A stretch of 64,000 nt of DNA. Origin: Lingula anatina. Its lineage: Eukaryota > Animalia > Brachiopoda. The DNA is taken from the NCBI GenBank assembly GCA_051362555.1, contig CM120641.1:14508001-14572000 (forward strand), given 5' to 3'. Under the pieces are notes generated by a model, which saw only the letters and a list, made by a program, of their open reading frames with translations, did no database searches and was not told where the DNA came from. Positions 1-14,500 of this stretch are shown one piece after another; position 1 is the first letter of the stretch, and every line of letters begins with the position of its first letter. The translations under genes were made by a program, and so were the position numbers.

Positions 1-757
1 TCAGCGTGCTGGACCAATGGTGGAAATAGAGAGGTCGTTGGCTGGGCATGTTTGCTTTTATCTGGACAAACTCTTATCACGTTGACCCCTAGCCGTTGTC
101 ATCTAATCATCAAGGTATCATATACATAAATGAGCAGTTCACTGAATCTATGCTGTCCAGCATCTCATTTGGTTTACTCTGTCTTATAAAAGCCTGATGT
201 ATATATTCTTCTTTATGTAATGAAATTACTACTAGTGTCAAAAATGCAAATATTGACTGAAATTAAGCAAAAGAAAAAAGCAACCATCAGATGCCAAAGA
301 GAGAGAACATTTTAGGAAGTCGGCAAATCTTAAATATACATGTAATGCATAGCCCCTCTTTCCGATAATACACCTGTACAGTTCCTGCTTTAGTCCACAT
401 CTTTTAGGTATTCATAAAGATGTTTAGTCCGCTAGGGTGTCAGAATCATTTATAGAAAACAAAAATGTAATTTTAAAGTGCGTATCGTTACAATGCACAT
501 GGTTGACTGTGTATTAGTCAATACGTCTATAAGTCTATACGTGTATAAGTCTATAAAACAAAAATGGTTCTCATTGTGCAATATTTCAATTTTTTAAACC
601 AGCAACATAGAAAGCATGAGATAATAACAAAACTTTTTAAGGAAGTCATAAAGTATCTTGTATTTAATAAAATGCACTGAATAGTCTGTTTTCACATTTA
701 AAAGTAGTTTATATAACATTTACGACTGGTTTATGGAGTCCGATTTCTGCATTTGTA

Positions 758-1143
758 GTGAAGCAAATATAATGTAAACAGTAACACACGATTGCTTATT
801 TTTTGTTAAAAAAATGGAAAATACGGCAAAGACAAGTAATACAGTTGTATGTATGCAACGACCTTCGCTGCAAACCACTACACCAAGTCCTACGGAATGA
901 ATTATCTGTTCCTGTTCCATGAAACGTGCAATGAGGAACACCCACAGTGAAACAAATGCAGTGAAGCAAATGTAAATCGTTACACACGATTACTGATTGC
1001 TGTTAAAAATGGAAAACCTCACATAGACAATTAATGTATACAAATTCAGCAACTTTGGCTGCGAACCACTACACCAAGTCCTGCAGAATGGATTGATCTG
1101 TACTCTTCATTGAAACACAATGATAAACACACACAATAGAAAC
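758..1143. repeat. Diverged tandem duplication, unit about 200 bp
   Basis: GTGAAGCAAAT, ACACACGATT and AACCACTACACCAAGTCCT each occur twice about 200 bp apart. Confidence 0.8.
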
Positions 1144-2866
1144 TGATAGGGTAGCGATCCCAACTTACGAAAGTAAGAGAGAGTGTTCACATTTTCTTAG
1201 TTTTTCTTCCAGCCACCCGGGTACTTCAAATTCTGCTGACTAGCACTTTTACCTGGACCATTTTTTTGAGAAAGATTTACAAGAAAACAGATATAATTAG
1301 GTATAAAAGGCGACAGTTAATCTTACGAACGTGTCTTTATCAAATAAGGACTTTCTTCTATAAAGCTACTGTATTATGGGGAATCAATATCGATATTTTG
1401 TTTAATTAAAAGATATAACCGTGAGCATACGGTAGAAGTGTACAAAACAGGTAATCACTTAGTAAGGAACAATGAAATGAAGGAAGGAACGTCAGGGTTT
1501 TTTTATGAATCTCTTTCTCAGGGGTTTTGTTCCATATAGCTTTGTTTTGTTTGTACTCAATGTGACATACGATTGGAATGTCATGTTATGACTGTTAGGT
1601 TATGTTAAGTGGAAAAGAATGCAAACTGGGTTTTAGAATAAGTCACTTTGTTAGTCAACTAAAACAGATCTTCAGCCATGAATATTATTTAAAACTACTT
1701 GCGAGAATGCTGGCATATTTATCCACATTGCCACCTCACGACATTTACTTGTTCTCGTTTGCCCTCGTTCTTTAGCGATTAAATTTTAGCAATTTGTCAC
1801 TAAAACTAGGGCAATAAATGTAAATGCAGTCATAGTGGGCCTAAGATACCAGAGATTTAGAGGAGAGAAGCTAGCTAACATGATCATGAGAGATATTATA
1901 TGAAGGTTAAACAATCGCTGTCACAGGGAGCTAGCTGGAAATGCGTTAAGACCTTGAGGTTGCTCTATCACATCTATTCTCATGTCAGTGTCCATTGTGT
2001 TATTTGTCATATCATATCATATGTGCGCTTTGCTATCACACCAAACATATGGTTACTTTCAACGTGGGAGGCAAAATAATTACCCCGAGTTTCAAAATCT
2101 TGCTGACAGTCTTGCCCACTTGTGGATGCTTCTTGCTACGACTAAGCTTGACCTAAATTTATTTATATGTACCAGTATAAGGTTTCAGAAACAAAGGATC
2201 GATGAAGCTTCTATCTTATTTCCAAATTCATATACCATAACACAAGAAAGATGTGGGGCTACAGACTCTTTGATGGTGGACAATAAACATTTTTGTAAAA
2301 GGCCTATGGAATGGCCCTCTATTTATTAATTCACTCATTTTTGCACGCTTTCTACGATTTGAATACGTCGCGCCAACCTTTGGGAAATACATTCTTATTA
2401 GTAATTTATCATATCAACATGTTTGTGAATCCTATTCACATTGAGCAGCATTTATCAATACCAAGTTTGTCAAATAATGAGTGGGGTTTTAATGGGGAGG
2501 AGGCGCTTACGTTTATAAAGATCATCAAAACTAATGTGGGCGTCTGATACATGTATCTGTACATATTTGTTTTATCCTTTAAAGGGTATTATAATAATAA
2601 ATGCCCGACTGCAGTGAGATTGTAAAATAGCTAATAGAGGGAATGGTGCACTTAGGAAGTCCAAATTCAATCCAAAACATCCCCTCCCTTAAGCTAAAAT
2701 GGAATAGCCTTTCGAAACAAAAAGAAAACTGCTATCTAATCGATTGCTATATCAGGCACTGCGTGTGCGCGCTACTTACAACGTATGTGTGAAAGAACTG
2801 GCAGTGAAAATATACAGGTGGTGTGGTAGTTATGTGGGGTAATTACTCAGCCTAACGTCTCCAAAC

Positions 2867-5800
2867 ATGTCTGGAAACAATGTGCGTAACTGGCAAAAAG
2901 CCGTGGTCTTCTTTATAAGCTATTTTGCTTGTACGGGTGCAAATACAGGTAAGATATGTCTACTTTTAAGTATCTCTTTTATTGTGTTTCACATATTTGG
3001 CATTGCATTAGTTTAAGCCATACGTCTGTGAAAGCGGCGAATAGAGATAATACATTTGAACAAAATACAAAACGAAAAAGGATAAATCTGACATTTTTAT
3101 TGCTAAAACTGCAAAAAGTCCATTAGGGTGAAGTCGCCTATCCAGCTAAATTCGTCTTTAATTACGATCCCTTATACTGTATACAGTCTTGGCTTTTGTC
3201 GGGAATGTGGTCTTATCTCGAACATGTCTTCAATACGGGGAAAGGGCAGTATTTCGCTTGCTTGCCAGGGTACTCGAGCATTATTTCCCGTATTCATTCT
3301 CTGTTTTATTTATTTTTTTTTTCAAAGAATGGCACGCCATGGTGTATTATCAAATACATAACATATCCCACAGTGGACCCCAGTGCAGAGCTACTGGCGT
3401 TTTAGGGAGCTCGGAGGGGTATCTTCGCCGGAATGTTTTGAAATGAATGGCAAACTTTGGAATAGTTTGAATTGTATGAAATATGCTTTTATGAGCCTCA
3501 GATTGTTGCCTCTTAAAACTGCCACTGTACCTGCATGGTCTCAACGAGGCTTACGCAACTGACAGGCATATAGAAGGGATAAAGAAAAGAGATAGTGGTG
3601 AATTAATAACAGCGTTTCTCATCATATTGGACTTGTATAGATACTGTAGGCCTATATCATAGGTCTATGGTGTATTTTGACACAATTTCGATCTAAAATT
3701 TCTTTAATCTTGAAACCAAAAAATGTCAGCAGAAAAACTAATTAAACCCATTCTAGCATCGCACGGCTCACTGAATCACACAAACTCACATTTTTTGTCG
3801 TCCTTTGGGGATATGACAATCTGGTTAGGGTAAAAATAAGACCTTAGTTGTGTCGGGAAGGATTAAATTGTCCTGTCGTTTGGGATTTTAACATAAAATA
3901 CACAATCAAACTTGATTTTTAAGTGATGTATTAGAATGGTGCTTCGGCACACTTTCTCATCAATAACACTAGTACTGCGTGTCAGATTGCTTTAAATGCA
4001 ACAATTGCATCAAACGGTTAGTTATGATGAAGGGCATTTAAAGCTTTAAGCTTCATCAAAACCGCAGTATGTTAAGATGGATAGCTATATATTAGGAGGA
4101 CATTTGGTGCTCTAGTAAATACATGTTTGTCAGCCTGGCGTTGCTCTTTTTAACCCGTTTGTTCTAACATTTCACTAACAGTAAGTATATCTCTGTAATG
4201 CAACTACTGAACTTATCTTGGCTTGAACAGCCAAGAAACTAGCGCAGTTGTTGTGTTGACCAAAATCTATATATTTAAAGTAAGTCCCAGCAGAGAAGCC
4301 TTAACTCATATTGAAAATACCGGTACAGTTTTTTATTTGGCCACCACGATTAAGAAAAAAAAAAAGCTCAAAGCCCATTGTATGAGTAACTACTGTACAC
4401 AGCTGGAATCATATTAGATTGGCTTGACTATTGAATCGATATGGTCATTAGTGTGTCACAAATTAAAGACCATACCACGTGCTTCTTATTTAATGCGGGA
4501 AATGGAGAAAAGTCAAATAAGTCGAATTATTTCGCATAAATATATTTCCAGTAATAAGAAACACAAATGAAACTGAATCTTAAGAAAGATGAACATTATC
4601 ATTTATAAAGATTGTATAAGAACCATACATTCTCCTAAAGTGAAAAAAAATATAAATCGTCTTCAGTCTACCTCGGGAATTTTAATTACGAATTGACAAA
4701 TATGTGGCACCTTAGCTCGTTCCACCCATTCAGCACAGCAAATAAACGAATTTCTCATTATTGTAATGAAAATTTATAAATTAAACTCATTTGATTCTTC
4801 TAAAATAAGACTAGGTTACGTTCCCTAATTCCTTGATGAAATAAACCAAAAAAGCTGTATGTCTTCCCATGATACACATCATAAGTTCTCTTTCCCACAC
4901 ATCGCTGTGTGACACAAGTGTTACGTGACACGGACAACACACATAACCCTTAACGGGAAAAGAAGAATATTCAATTACATAAATTGATATATTTAAAATA
5001 AATTATAATTGGTGAAAACCAAACTATGAAGACGGATCCAGGGAGGAGAGTAGGCTTATTAGACACGTGTGATTAAAAATGTCCCTTGGACTCTTTTCCC
5101 AACTTTTCTTTGGTGAAACCATGTATCCTCACAATGATTCATTGCTTAATGGAAATATCCTAAGAGAAAACAAGAAGGTTCCGACTTGTTGTACAAAAAC
5201 AAAAAAACAAAAAAAAAAAAAAAAAAAAAAATGTTAATTATAAGATCATTTAGTAAAACAGACCAGTCGCCAGCCCGGCTGTATAAATTGTAAACCTGGT
5301 GCACGCATGGATCAATTTTTTGCCATGCACGCCTCCTAATGGGAGTTCAGTCACAGAGTGGCACTCCGATGTCTATTCTCAGAAAAATAACTGTTTAAGC
5401 CATCTATTGACACAGAAACCAGATTATTGATCTCTAATTTCCTCTGCTCCCTCTTCAAAGAACCTGTCAATTGTTCTTCGGAATAGAATCCCAGGCTTTC
5501 TTAATCCGTGTAAATAAACTCGTATTTGATTTTTGAAAATAATATATTGAAGCGGTATATATTTTTATCAATATAGCCGATAGCAAATCAAGAGGTGCTG
5601 TGTCCATATTTTGTTGAAAAATGAATTGTGAAAATATGAATTTCTTTTCAAGAACCTGGGATGTTTGTGGTTATCAATTTCATCGTTTGCCACAAAAAAG
5701 TCGATGACATGATTACCTTTGATGCCTTTTGAACTTACATTATCTGTAAGACTTACCATGCAAGACAAAGTATCACCAAGCAAACGCGTTTTCATTCAAA

Positions 5801-5913
5801 TCTCATGCCAAGCAAAATATAAGTAAATGTTTTGCGATTCTTTCCCCCTGACTACCTTATTTTCAATAAAATGAAAAATCGAATGAAACTGTCAAAATCT
5901 AAAATGACCATGT

Positions 5914-5950
<37 letters not shown>

Positions 5951-8475
5951 GTTTCCAAGACACGTATTCATGAAGACATTAATTATATTCATGTTCTGTT
6001 TGTGTATAGAGCGCAATATATCATTGACATGGCATGCGATGATTTTGAGTAAAAATTCAACCGTGTAATACCATTGGAAAAAGTTTAGTGTAAAAATTCA
6101 GATCATATGGCGTTTCACCGATCATATATTATTCATAAAGTTAGTTGTTTTGTCTTCAGATTCTAATGCCACATTGGCCTTAAAATACATCGAGAGCGTG
6201 TCCAAGAACAATTGCTCTACCGGAACCCAGGAATCTCTTCCGGTCGAATTCGACCAAAACGCATGGAAGGACTACGCCTTGGTGGCCGTCAGAACAGCAA
6301 ATCTTCTGACAAAACTTATACATGCGGCAGAAGAAGGTAACATAACTGAATCAAACATCATACATAATGATCAGTTTCTTTTTTCACTTGTTCAAACCAA
6401 CGTGGAAGCTAATGATTTGATTTTCGGTTCTGCAATTGCTTGGGAACCTGATACTTATCCGGGATACCATACCTTCTGCCCGTACGCATTTCGGAAAAAT
6501 GGGGCAGTGGAAGCGTTTGATCTTTCGTTGAATTATAACTACCTGCTACCTTCAACAGAGTGGTACATCAACATCAAGAGCGTAGATTGGTCTAATATGA
6601 CCGTTGTTACTCACACATCGAGTTTGCGGTAAGTACTCTTCTGTAGTCTTTCGGTTTCAGTTTAATGTAAATTGTTATGAGGAAGGAAAAGCAGTTAAAA
6701 ATGTGATCAAATCAAATATACCTAGATCAGATGAGATATTATCAGCGGATGATGTTTCCAACAGTATTTATTACAAAACGACACATTAATATAATACATT
6801 TTAAAAGCCTGGCTTGGACAATATCATCGATCATTATCATTAATAACCGCTCTAGTACTGGGGTTTTTGCATTTTGTAGCTTCTTAGCCTTGTGCCCCAT
6901 TATTTATTTTTTAAAGATATTTCCACTTCATTTTACACCCCTATCCTTCCTTTGTCTAATGGAGTAGCCTAGCTGTCAAAGGGATTTAAAGTCACCCTTT
7001 ACACTAGATGTCTTCTTGGAAATTGGCATGAGCAGTTTCGGATAAAATGTCAAGAGAGAAATAACGTTAATCAGTAGGACAATATACAATTTCCCGCTCG
7101 AATGCACAGTTTTGCTTGACGTTTAATATCCTAAAAGCATTAGTCAACCAAACGATATAAGTTGTGTGCTGAGATCTGATATATGAACATACCTGCATGT
7201 AAAAGCATTATAATTAACATGATTCATCTTTCCATCCATCCATACTTTAATCTCTCCGTCCATTTCCCTTTCATTCATTCCCTATCCGTCTTTCATCTTG
7301 ATCTGCCCTTTTCTCTTTTTAAATATCTATCCAGTGGCTCAACTACCTGTCAGATTATACATAAAATATTGTTTTACAATATGCTTTCTGTTAATAATTA
7401 AAGAAATAACCATAGCCACGCCGCCAATAAATCAGTCGACCATCCTCTGACCGAGTTGTCCAATGGGCACTGGACCATGCCGTACTTTGATTGTGGCGGA
7501 GGGGACATTTGGATGGTGACATTTTCTGCACCTTTCTTCCATAAGAACGCATCAAACGGGCTAACATTCTTGTAGGTATCACTTAAACCATTAGAAGCTT
7601 ACTACTTCCTAAACTTCTTTGCCTCCTTATCTCTACGAAATGACTATTGCTGTTAACAAATACTGGAACTTTCAAAGGGAAGATAAACAGAAATATATAG
7701 ATTAAATAAAATCAGTACAATATCATATTATCCCCGACACGAAAAAAGAAGAAGGGATCGAAAAGTCAATCAGGCATTTTACGCCCCTGAATCTTTTAAT
7801 AAAGTGAATGCATGAAACGGGCCCCTAAGGGCCCAAGAGCACCTCTTTTCTCTTTTAGAAACATGGGGTTGGGGTTAACAATTTTGTTAAAGGAAAAGTG
7901 ATAGTGAGAGGCAGTTTAATATAAAGCAAATACAGCAATGTATATCTCTATTTCTTTTTATTTGCTGTAGGGGTGTTACCACCATAGACATAGAGCTGAC
8001 TTACATAGATATAAACCAATGTGACAACGAGGAAGAGAAGAGCCATTCTTCGTGGTTTCGTAATACCCATCGTTGCCACAAAACCACAGTGGTAGGTATC
8101 AAATTTGACTTGACTGCCATAATTGCGAAACTATATGCTCAATGAAGGAAATTACACAGTTTGTGGTTAAGCCGTCAGTTGAAATTATGTTTATCTTAAA
8201 ACGGTATCGAGGCAAATTTTCAGAACCATTAGCAGAATCTTCCGACACGTTTGACAAGTTTGAGAGAGCGTGTGTTATTGTTTGCTTGTGTGATTGATTC
8301 CTCGGTGTTTAACTGTGCACTGCAGTGTATAGTTTAAAGATACGTTGACAGCGGAGGATGTATTGTATTACCTTTAATGGTCATTTTGCTGTAATTAGTT
8401 AAACAGTGCCGCAATGACACGAAGGTGACAATTATTGTCGGCTTGAAGCATGGCAAAGGCACAAGCGAGCGCGCG

Positions 8476-8506
<31 letters not shown>

Positions 8507-11500
8507 CTTATTAATTAATTATATCGATTCCCGGATGTGACTGTCAAGTGTCATGCATCACACTTACTAATGAAAAATCATGTTGGCAAATTAATGAACT
8601 AGGTTTATGTACTTCCAAGTACATGCTTATCATGAAATATATTACTCTCCTGTATTAGCTATCAAACTGTGAGTTAATGTCTTGATTATGAAACACATTA
8701 CTCTCCCGTCATGACTATACCAGTGTACGTTATATGAGGCGAGCTGATAGAAAAAGTAAACATTATGGTAAGTGGCCATGTCTCCTCGTCCAATTACTTC
8801 TTGAGTCGCCGTTTGTATCTTTTTTTGTCCCATTTAATGAGTTAACATAACCATAACGAGGGTGAGACAGTTCACAATAATAAGTATAACACTGAACTTT
8901 AAACTGATTGTATTCAACGTACTTATTTATTGAAGAAAGATGACACGACTCGGATTCAGTTTGGATCCGCGTCCAGAAAAAGTGATCTAAACAACTAAAG
9001 GAATGACATTCACGTCATGTGTTGATGAGAACAATAGTGTAGATATTGAACTTTTTCATTGTCTAAGACCCCATTCCCATAGATTTTAGATCGATCTATC
9101 CCTGTGGGGAGTCTCACTAGATTTCTGTCAGCTTAGCCGGCTTAAGCGTCTGTCCCGCCTACTAAAAGCTGTAAAGGGGTAATTAACTATGGCGCGCGCT
9201 CGGCTGACTGCAATTTAGCGTGAACCCCTAGGGAGTTAGGTCGATCTAAATCTTAATCTCTGGATCGATCTAAATCTCTGGGAATGCACCCTAAGAGTCA
9301 TTTTCCAACTATATTATTTGAAACAAGTGTCACGAAATTATATATAAAAACATTCGTGACACCTGCAGTTATAATCTCGTTTATGTGCCATTTTAACTAG
9401 ATGCAATTAAATGATACTGATAACGTGACGTTTTATAACTTTTCATAATCAGATGATTTAATCGTGCATATTCCATTACGCCTCCTCTTGACGGAAGTCT
9501 TCACTTCCGGGGTGCTATTCATTTTAAACGCGGTTTCTCCTCCTTGAGATATATAAAACACGATTAACAGCGTATGCATGGCACCTGTACACCTTTGAAA
9601 ATCTGCTGCATTACACCATCTAATAATTTTCTTCAAGTCACTATATTACCTTCGTTAGCTCTATGTCTTATCATCACACCTGGGTACCAGGATTCATGTC
9701 TGTCAGTGAAAGCTTCAACTCTTTCTTTTTCCGGCAGTCTCCAATCATTGATTAAAGGATTTCTGACAGTGTTTCAACTATTCTTAATAGGTTTCCTTGC
9801 AGTTTTTGAACTATTGGCTATAGGCATATATACAACATGTCAAAAAGGGTTGTTCCACCGCTAATTCCTTGTGCTTTTATTTACAACTGATCACCTCGTG
9901 CACTATTTTGGATTTTCTTAAACATTAATCATGTTGGATATGTTATCTGGAATAAAAAAGCATTGTTTAAGACAATTTACACTTGTGAGGCGATCATTTG
10001 TAAGTAAAAGTACATGGAATTAGGGGTGGGACAACCTTTTTGGCCAATGTTGTATTTATCGGTGTTAATGATCATGGGTTACCTAATGGATGTCGCTGGT
10101 CAAAAAGCCATGCATCATCTGAGGCGTTTAAGCAGTTCTGCCGTATTCAGACCCATAACTGAAAATGTATCCACCGACTGTTTCACGTTCGAAATGTACC
10201 TACATTAAGTAGATCTAATAAGCTTTAAAGTACCGGAATAGTGCCATCGGTCAGCTATCATGGAGATCGAATAAAGGGGTTTTTTTTTTTTTTTTGCAAA
10301 ACATGTACATACTGAAGCATGTCAGATATTCTTCTTTTGGTCTCAACAAATGCTTTGCTTCCCGTTTGGGAAAGGTGGATGATATGGAGTTGCGGGTGTG
10401 GTGGCAATTTTACTATAGGAAATGTCCCCGTGTCACTCAAGCACTTTCAAATCTGCCACTGTCAATTTATTTACTGTTGTATTCCATAATGTCTGCTGCA
10501 GAATATGTAAAATGTAGAATCGAGTTTATTTCTCCTAAACTCTCTTGTTTTGAGACCTGCTTTAAATAACGGAAAGAACGCACCATTTACACCAGTCTAA
10601 AAAGCCACAGTTATAGTGGAGTATAATATTTGCGTCGAAATGTTTATTTCTTTATAAGGTATGAAATATTTATTAAAAAAGCACCTTTCCCGTGGGTCGA
10701 TTTTTCATAAAAATGGTCTTTTAAATGCATAGATGTTTAAAATTTGACGTTCTTTTCCCTACCTTACACAATATAATTATTACGAATTAACCCATGTCAA
10801 TTATCAATTACGTTTCCATTATTATAGTTTGATCTAAAAATTTATCTTTTAAACAAACTCTAGTCAATTCTAAAAAGATATTTGACTTGTTTTAAATGCT
10901 GTATTTTGTTCCAGTGCGTTGCAATTACCGGTATGGGGCTTAGAAGAGGGGCGTATGAATGCTTGTGCAAGAAAGGCTTTTATTTTCCCGTCGTTGATGC
11001 CCCGAAAAAGTCCTTCAGCGGAGTTGAGCTTGAAAACTACTTTCAAAATCAAGCCCCGGAAGAATACCCTGACGAATACAAATGCCTTTCGTGTCCCGAG
11101 GGGTGCGACACGTGCACAGATGCCACGCCTTGTATGTACGCTTTAAACATGGCCGCAAGAACGTGTATACTTATCATTGGTTGCCTCATGTTAGCTGGCA
11201 TTATAACTTTGGCTGTTATCATTTGGCGGTACAGAAACGAAAAGGTAAATTGATACAGCAAAGATGGAGTTACTGTAGCGCAAAGAACTAACGATGTAAT
11301 ATGCAGCGATAAACATTTTATTAGACAAAATTATACAACACAGGCAACGCAATTTGTAACCATACATTACAAAACACATCCAATCACTTTCTCAATTTCT
11401 AGTGCTTATAAATGTGTACAGACTACTGAAAACAGGTAGGCGGCGAATTATGGTGGCATTTATTTGGGTATTATGTAAAACTAGTCACCTTGCTAAAGGA

Positions 11501-14500
11501 CTGACATCAAAGTGTTATTACAGGCTTAAGCCTAGCTTATATTTGCCACGGGTGTCGAACGATGAAAGCGTATACAATTTTCCATATGATATTTTGGCAT
11601 CGTAAGTAGCTACGGGCTACGGCGGGTAGGGGAGACCGGGGCTAGTTGGACCCCGGGGTAAGTTGCCCCCCCGTCAATTTATGAAAAAGTAACTACGAGG
11701 TAAAAAAAATTGGCCACATACTCTTGCAAAGTGACCGTAGCCTACAATGCTAAGGAAGTGTCGGACGTTAAAAAGTTTTACTTAAGCGGTGAGTCGAAAT
11801 AAACGATTTTTGCACCTAAAAGTAATTTTGTTTAAGAGATTTAAAAATCTATTTTCATAGGCTTTTGATCGAATATAAGATATGTATAGGGCATCAAACT
11901 GAAGCTCATCGTTTCAAGTTTCACAGAGATGTATCATCGTTGCTCATTCTATCATCATAAATGGCTACCATCCTTTAAAACAGATAATGTGCACCCGGGG
12001 CTAGTTGGCCCCCTTAACTCGGGGCAAGTTGGACCCTCATATTACCCACAAACCTTTGCGCGCAACGCTGTTTGAAATAAACAAGTTGGTGAAATTGACA
12101 AAGCTTGCCGGTGTCTATTACCGTCTGATTGATTTTTTTAAATTTTCTCTCTGGTGTCTTTTTGAAAATTTATATTAGAAATATTCTGTTGATTGTAAGT
12201 ATTAAAAAGCAAATCCATTGGACTTTCCGTAGAAAAACATTTATTTTGCCTTAATTCATTGTAAGGGGATTCCCTTTGTATTTATAGTGTTATATGTGGC
12301 CCCAAGGGGATTTTCCACCCCTCCCTAGCTAGAGACCATTGTTGAAACAAACTCAGTGGTTTAAAACTGAATTTGTTACTTTCTTTTAAAAAGAAAATTT
12401 ATTATTCGTTTTCATTCATTAAAAACCTTCTTTATACCATTATTTATTTATTCTTAATTAAAACAAAACACATTTTATTGATAGATATTTTGGTTCTTGC
12501 AACACATACCCCCCCCCCCCCCCCCCAACAACGTGACATACGGAAACCTCAATAAATCTGCCTCACTTGAACTGTTTATTCATCAAAGACTCTCAAAAAT
12601 CAATTAAATAAATTAAAATTTTATAAAAATGTATTTCAAGGCGTTTACATGGGATATATATACTTCATTTTCGTATAGGGGGGCCAACTTGCCCCAACCC
12701 TGGGCAAGTTGGCCCCCCTGACGTCAACTGCGTTTTTTGTCAAATTGTGAGCCACCTGGCATTATATTTGAAAAATAATGACGTTGCATACGTAGCTTAG
12801 TTCATGGGGCTTACTTTGAAACCGGTTTTGTTACTCTAACCCACTCCTAGTTGGCTCTACAAGGCAAAAAGTGTCTAACTGGGCCAACTAGCCCCGGTCT
12901 CCCCTACGTTTACATTACGTGCGGGTGCCGTGACATGACCTTGAGGTCACGTAGGAAAAATCGGTTGTCGGATGCAAAATGATCGCACGGAGCTCTTTCG
13001 GCCTCTCGGATGTTGCCGGACATCTTCCGTGCAGCTTCCTTGAAGATCCGATAAGTTATCGGTACAGCCCCCCTCTAATTTAAGCATCATTGTGGCTAGA
13101 GTAAGAAAATGCAAAACTTAAAATTTATGCAAGTAAATTACTCTATATTTTAAACATCTTTATTATTGTTTGTTGTGCCTCCTACGATAATGCTACGGCC
13201 CACGGGCTTATGATTTTCAAAATTTGTCAAAAGTTTTAGCTTGACAAAATTGTAGGGGCTACAGAGGCCGTAAATCCCTACGATTTACGATTTTGCACAG
13301 CCACTGCCTGCTTCCGCACAGACGCCACACGAAAAGGAGTTTACGAGCAGAATACGAGCACCTTGCGGACATCGCGTGGCAAATATATTCAAGGCTTTAT
13401 GATTTGTATTTTAGGAGCCTACCAAATTGCATTTAGAACAAACAAGAAATGAAATAAGATTCATCTGAGAATAAAATGAAAACGTGCAACCCAAAACGGG
13501 CTTATTGTTCACTTATTTGGACGCATGAATTTGTATTTCATATGTGACATACAATAATCTTCGCGTGTAATCAGCAGTAAAACTGATTTGTTAGAGTCCT
13601 GTTTCATATTTTTAAGTTTATTTTCGTGTTCTGGTTGTAAGATTAGCTTACCTTTTTACAGGTGATCAAGGCAGCAAGTCCAGTGTTTTTGCACATAATG
13701 TCTATTGGTTCGCTGCTCATGGTTTCAGAGGTTGGTATTCTCTCTTAGATGCCACTGGTAATCTAATGGCTGAATAGAGAAAACGTCATTGGTGAAAACT
13801 CAAAAGAACATGCGTTGTCATGTAGCTTTGAGATGCTACATGTACACTATCATTAAAAAACAAACAAACTGTGGATAGTTTTCATTTCATTTTCATTTCT
13901 TTAAATAAAGCATTACATTTAAATGAAGTATTTTTCAGTTGGATGTGATGTGATTTGGATGCATGTGATTTTCAAACGAGCATAATTCCATTGGTGTTTG
14001 CTGTTACGTAAAAGATGTCATTAATCTTGCATCATGTATTCGCCCAAATTAATTTTGAAAAAGGCTGTGTTTACACTGATAAATCAACCAAAGGTAATGT
14101 ACATATTGCTTTTTTTTATCATTTCAGGTATTTGTGGAATACCCCAAGGCCACGAATATTTCATGTATCATAAGGCCATGGTTGCGATACCTGGGATTTG
14201 CGTTAACGTATGGAGCTTTACTTTTAAAAACCTACAGGTAATCACATGAACAACTTAAGGTCTAGCAATCACTGTACATGCACATGTTTATCTTGGTTAA
14301 CAGTCTGTGATACTTGGGGAATATTTACAGTGTTTAATGACTTCCTAAAGCGGGTTGTAAGGTTCCCCGCTTCCAATATTATTAGAAGGGTGTGGCGGGT
14401 ATATATATTTTTGTGTATATTAAATATAGATGGAAATAGTAAACGATGTGCCAATTAAGATAAATAGTTAAAGGCTGCATTCACAACAGCGGACTAACTA

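Noticed and set aside
720-5795. Short ORFs in the track (for example 1982-2329, 3128-3544)
   Set aside because: No recognisable motifs or splice-phase support; consistent with chance ORFs in AT-rich DNA.
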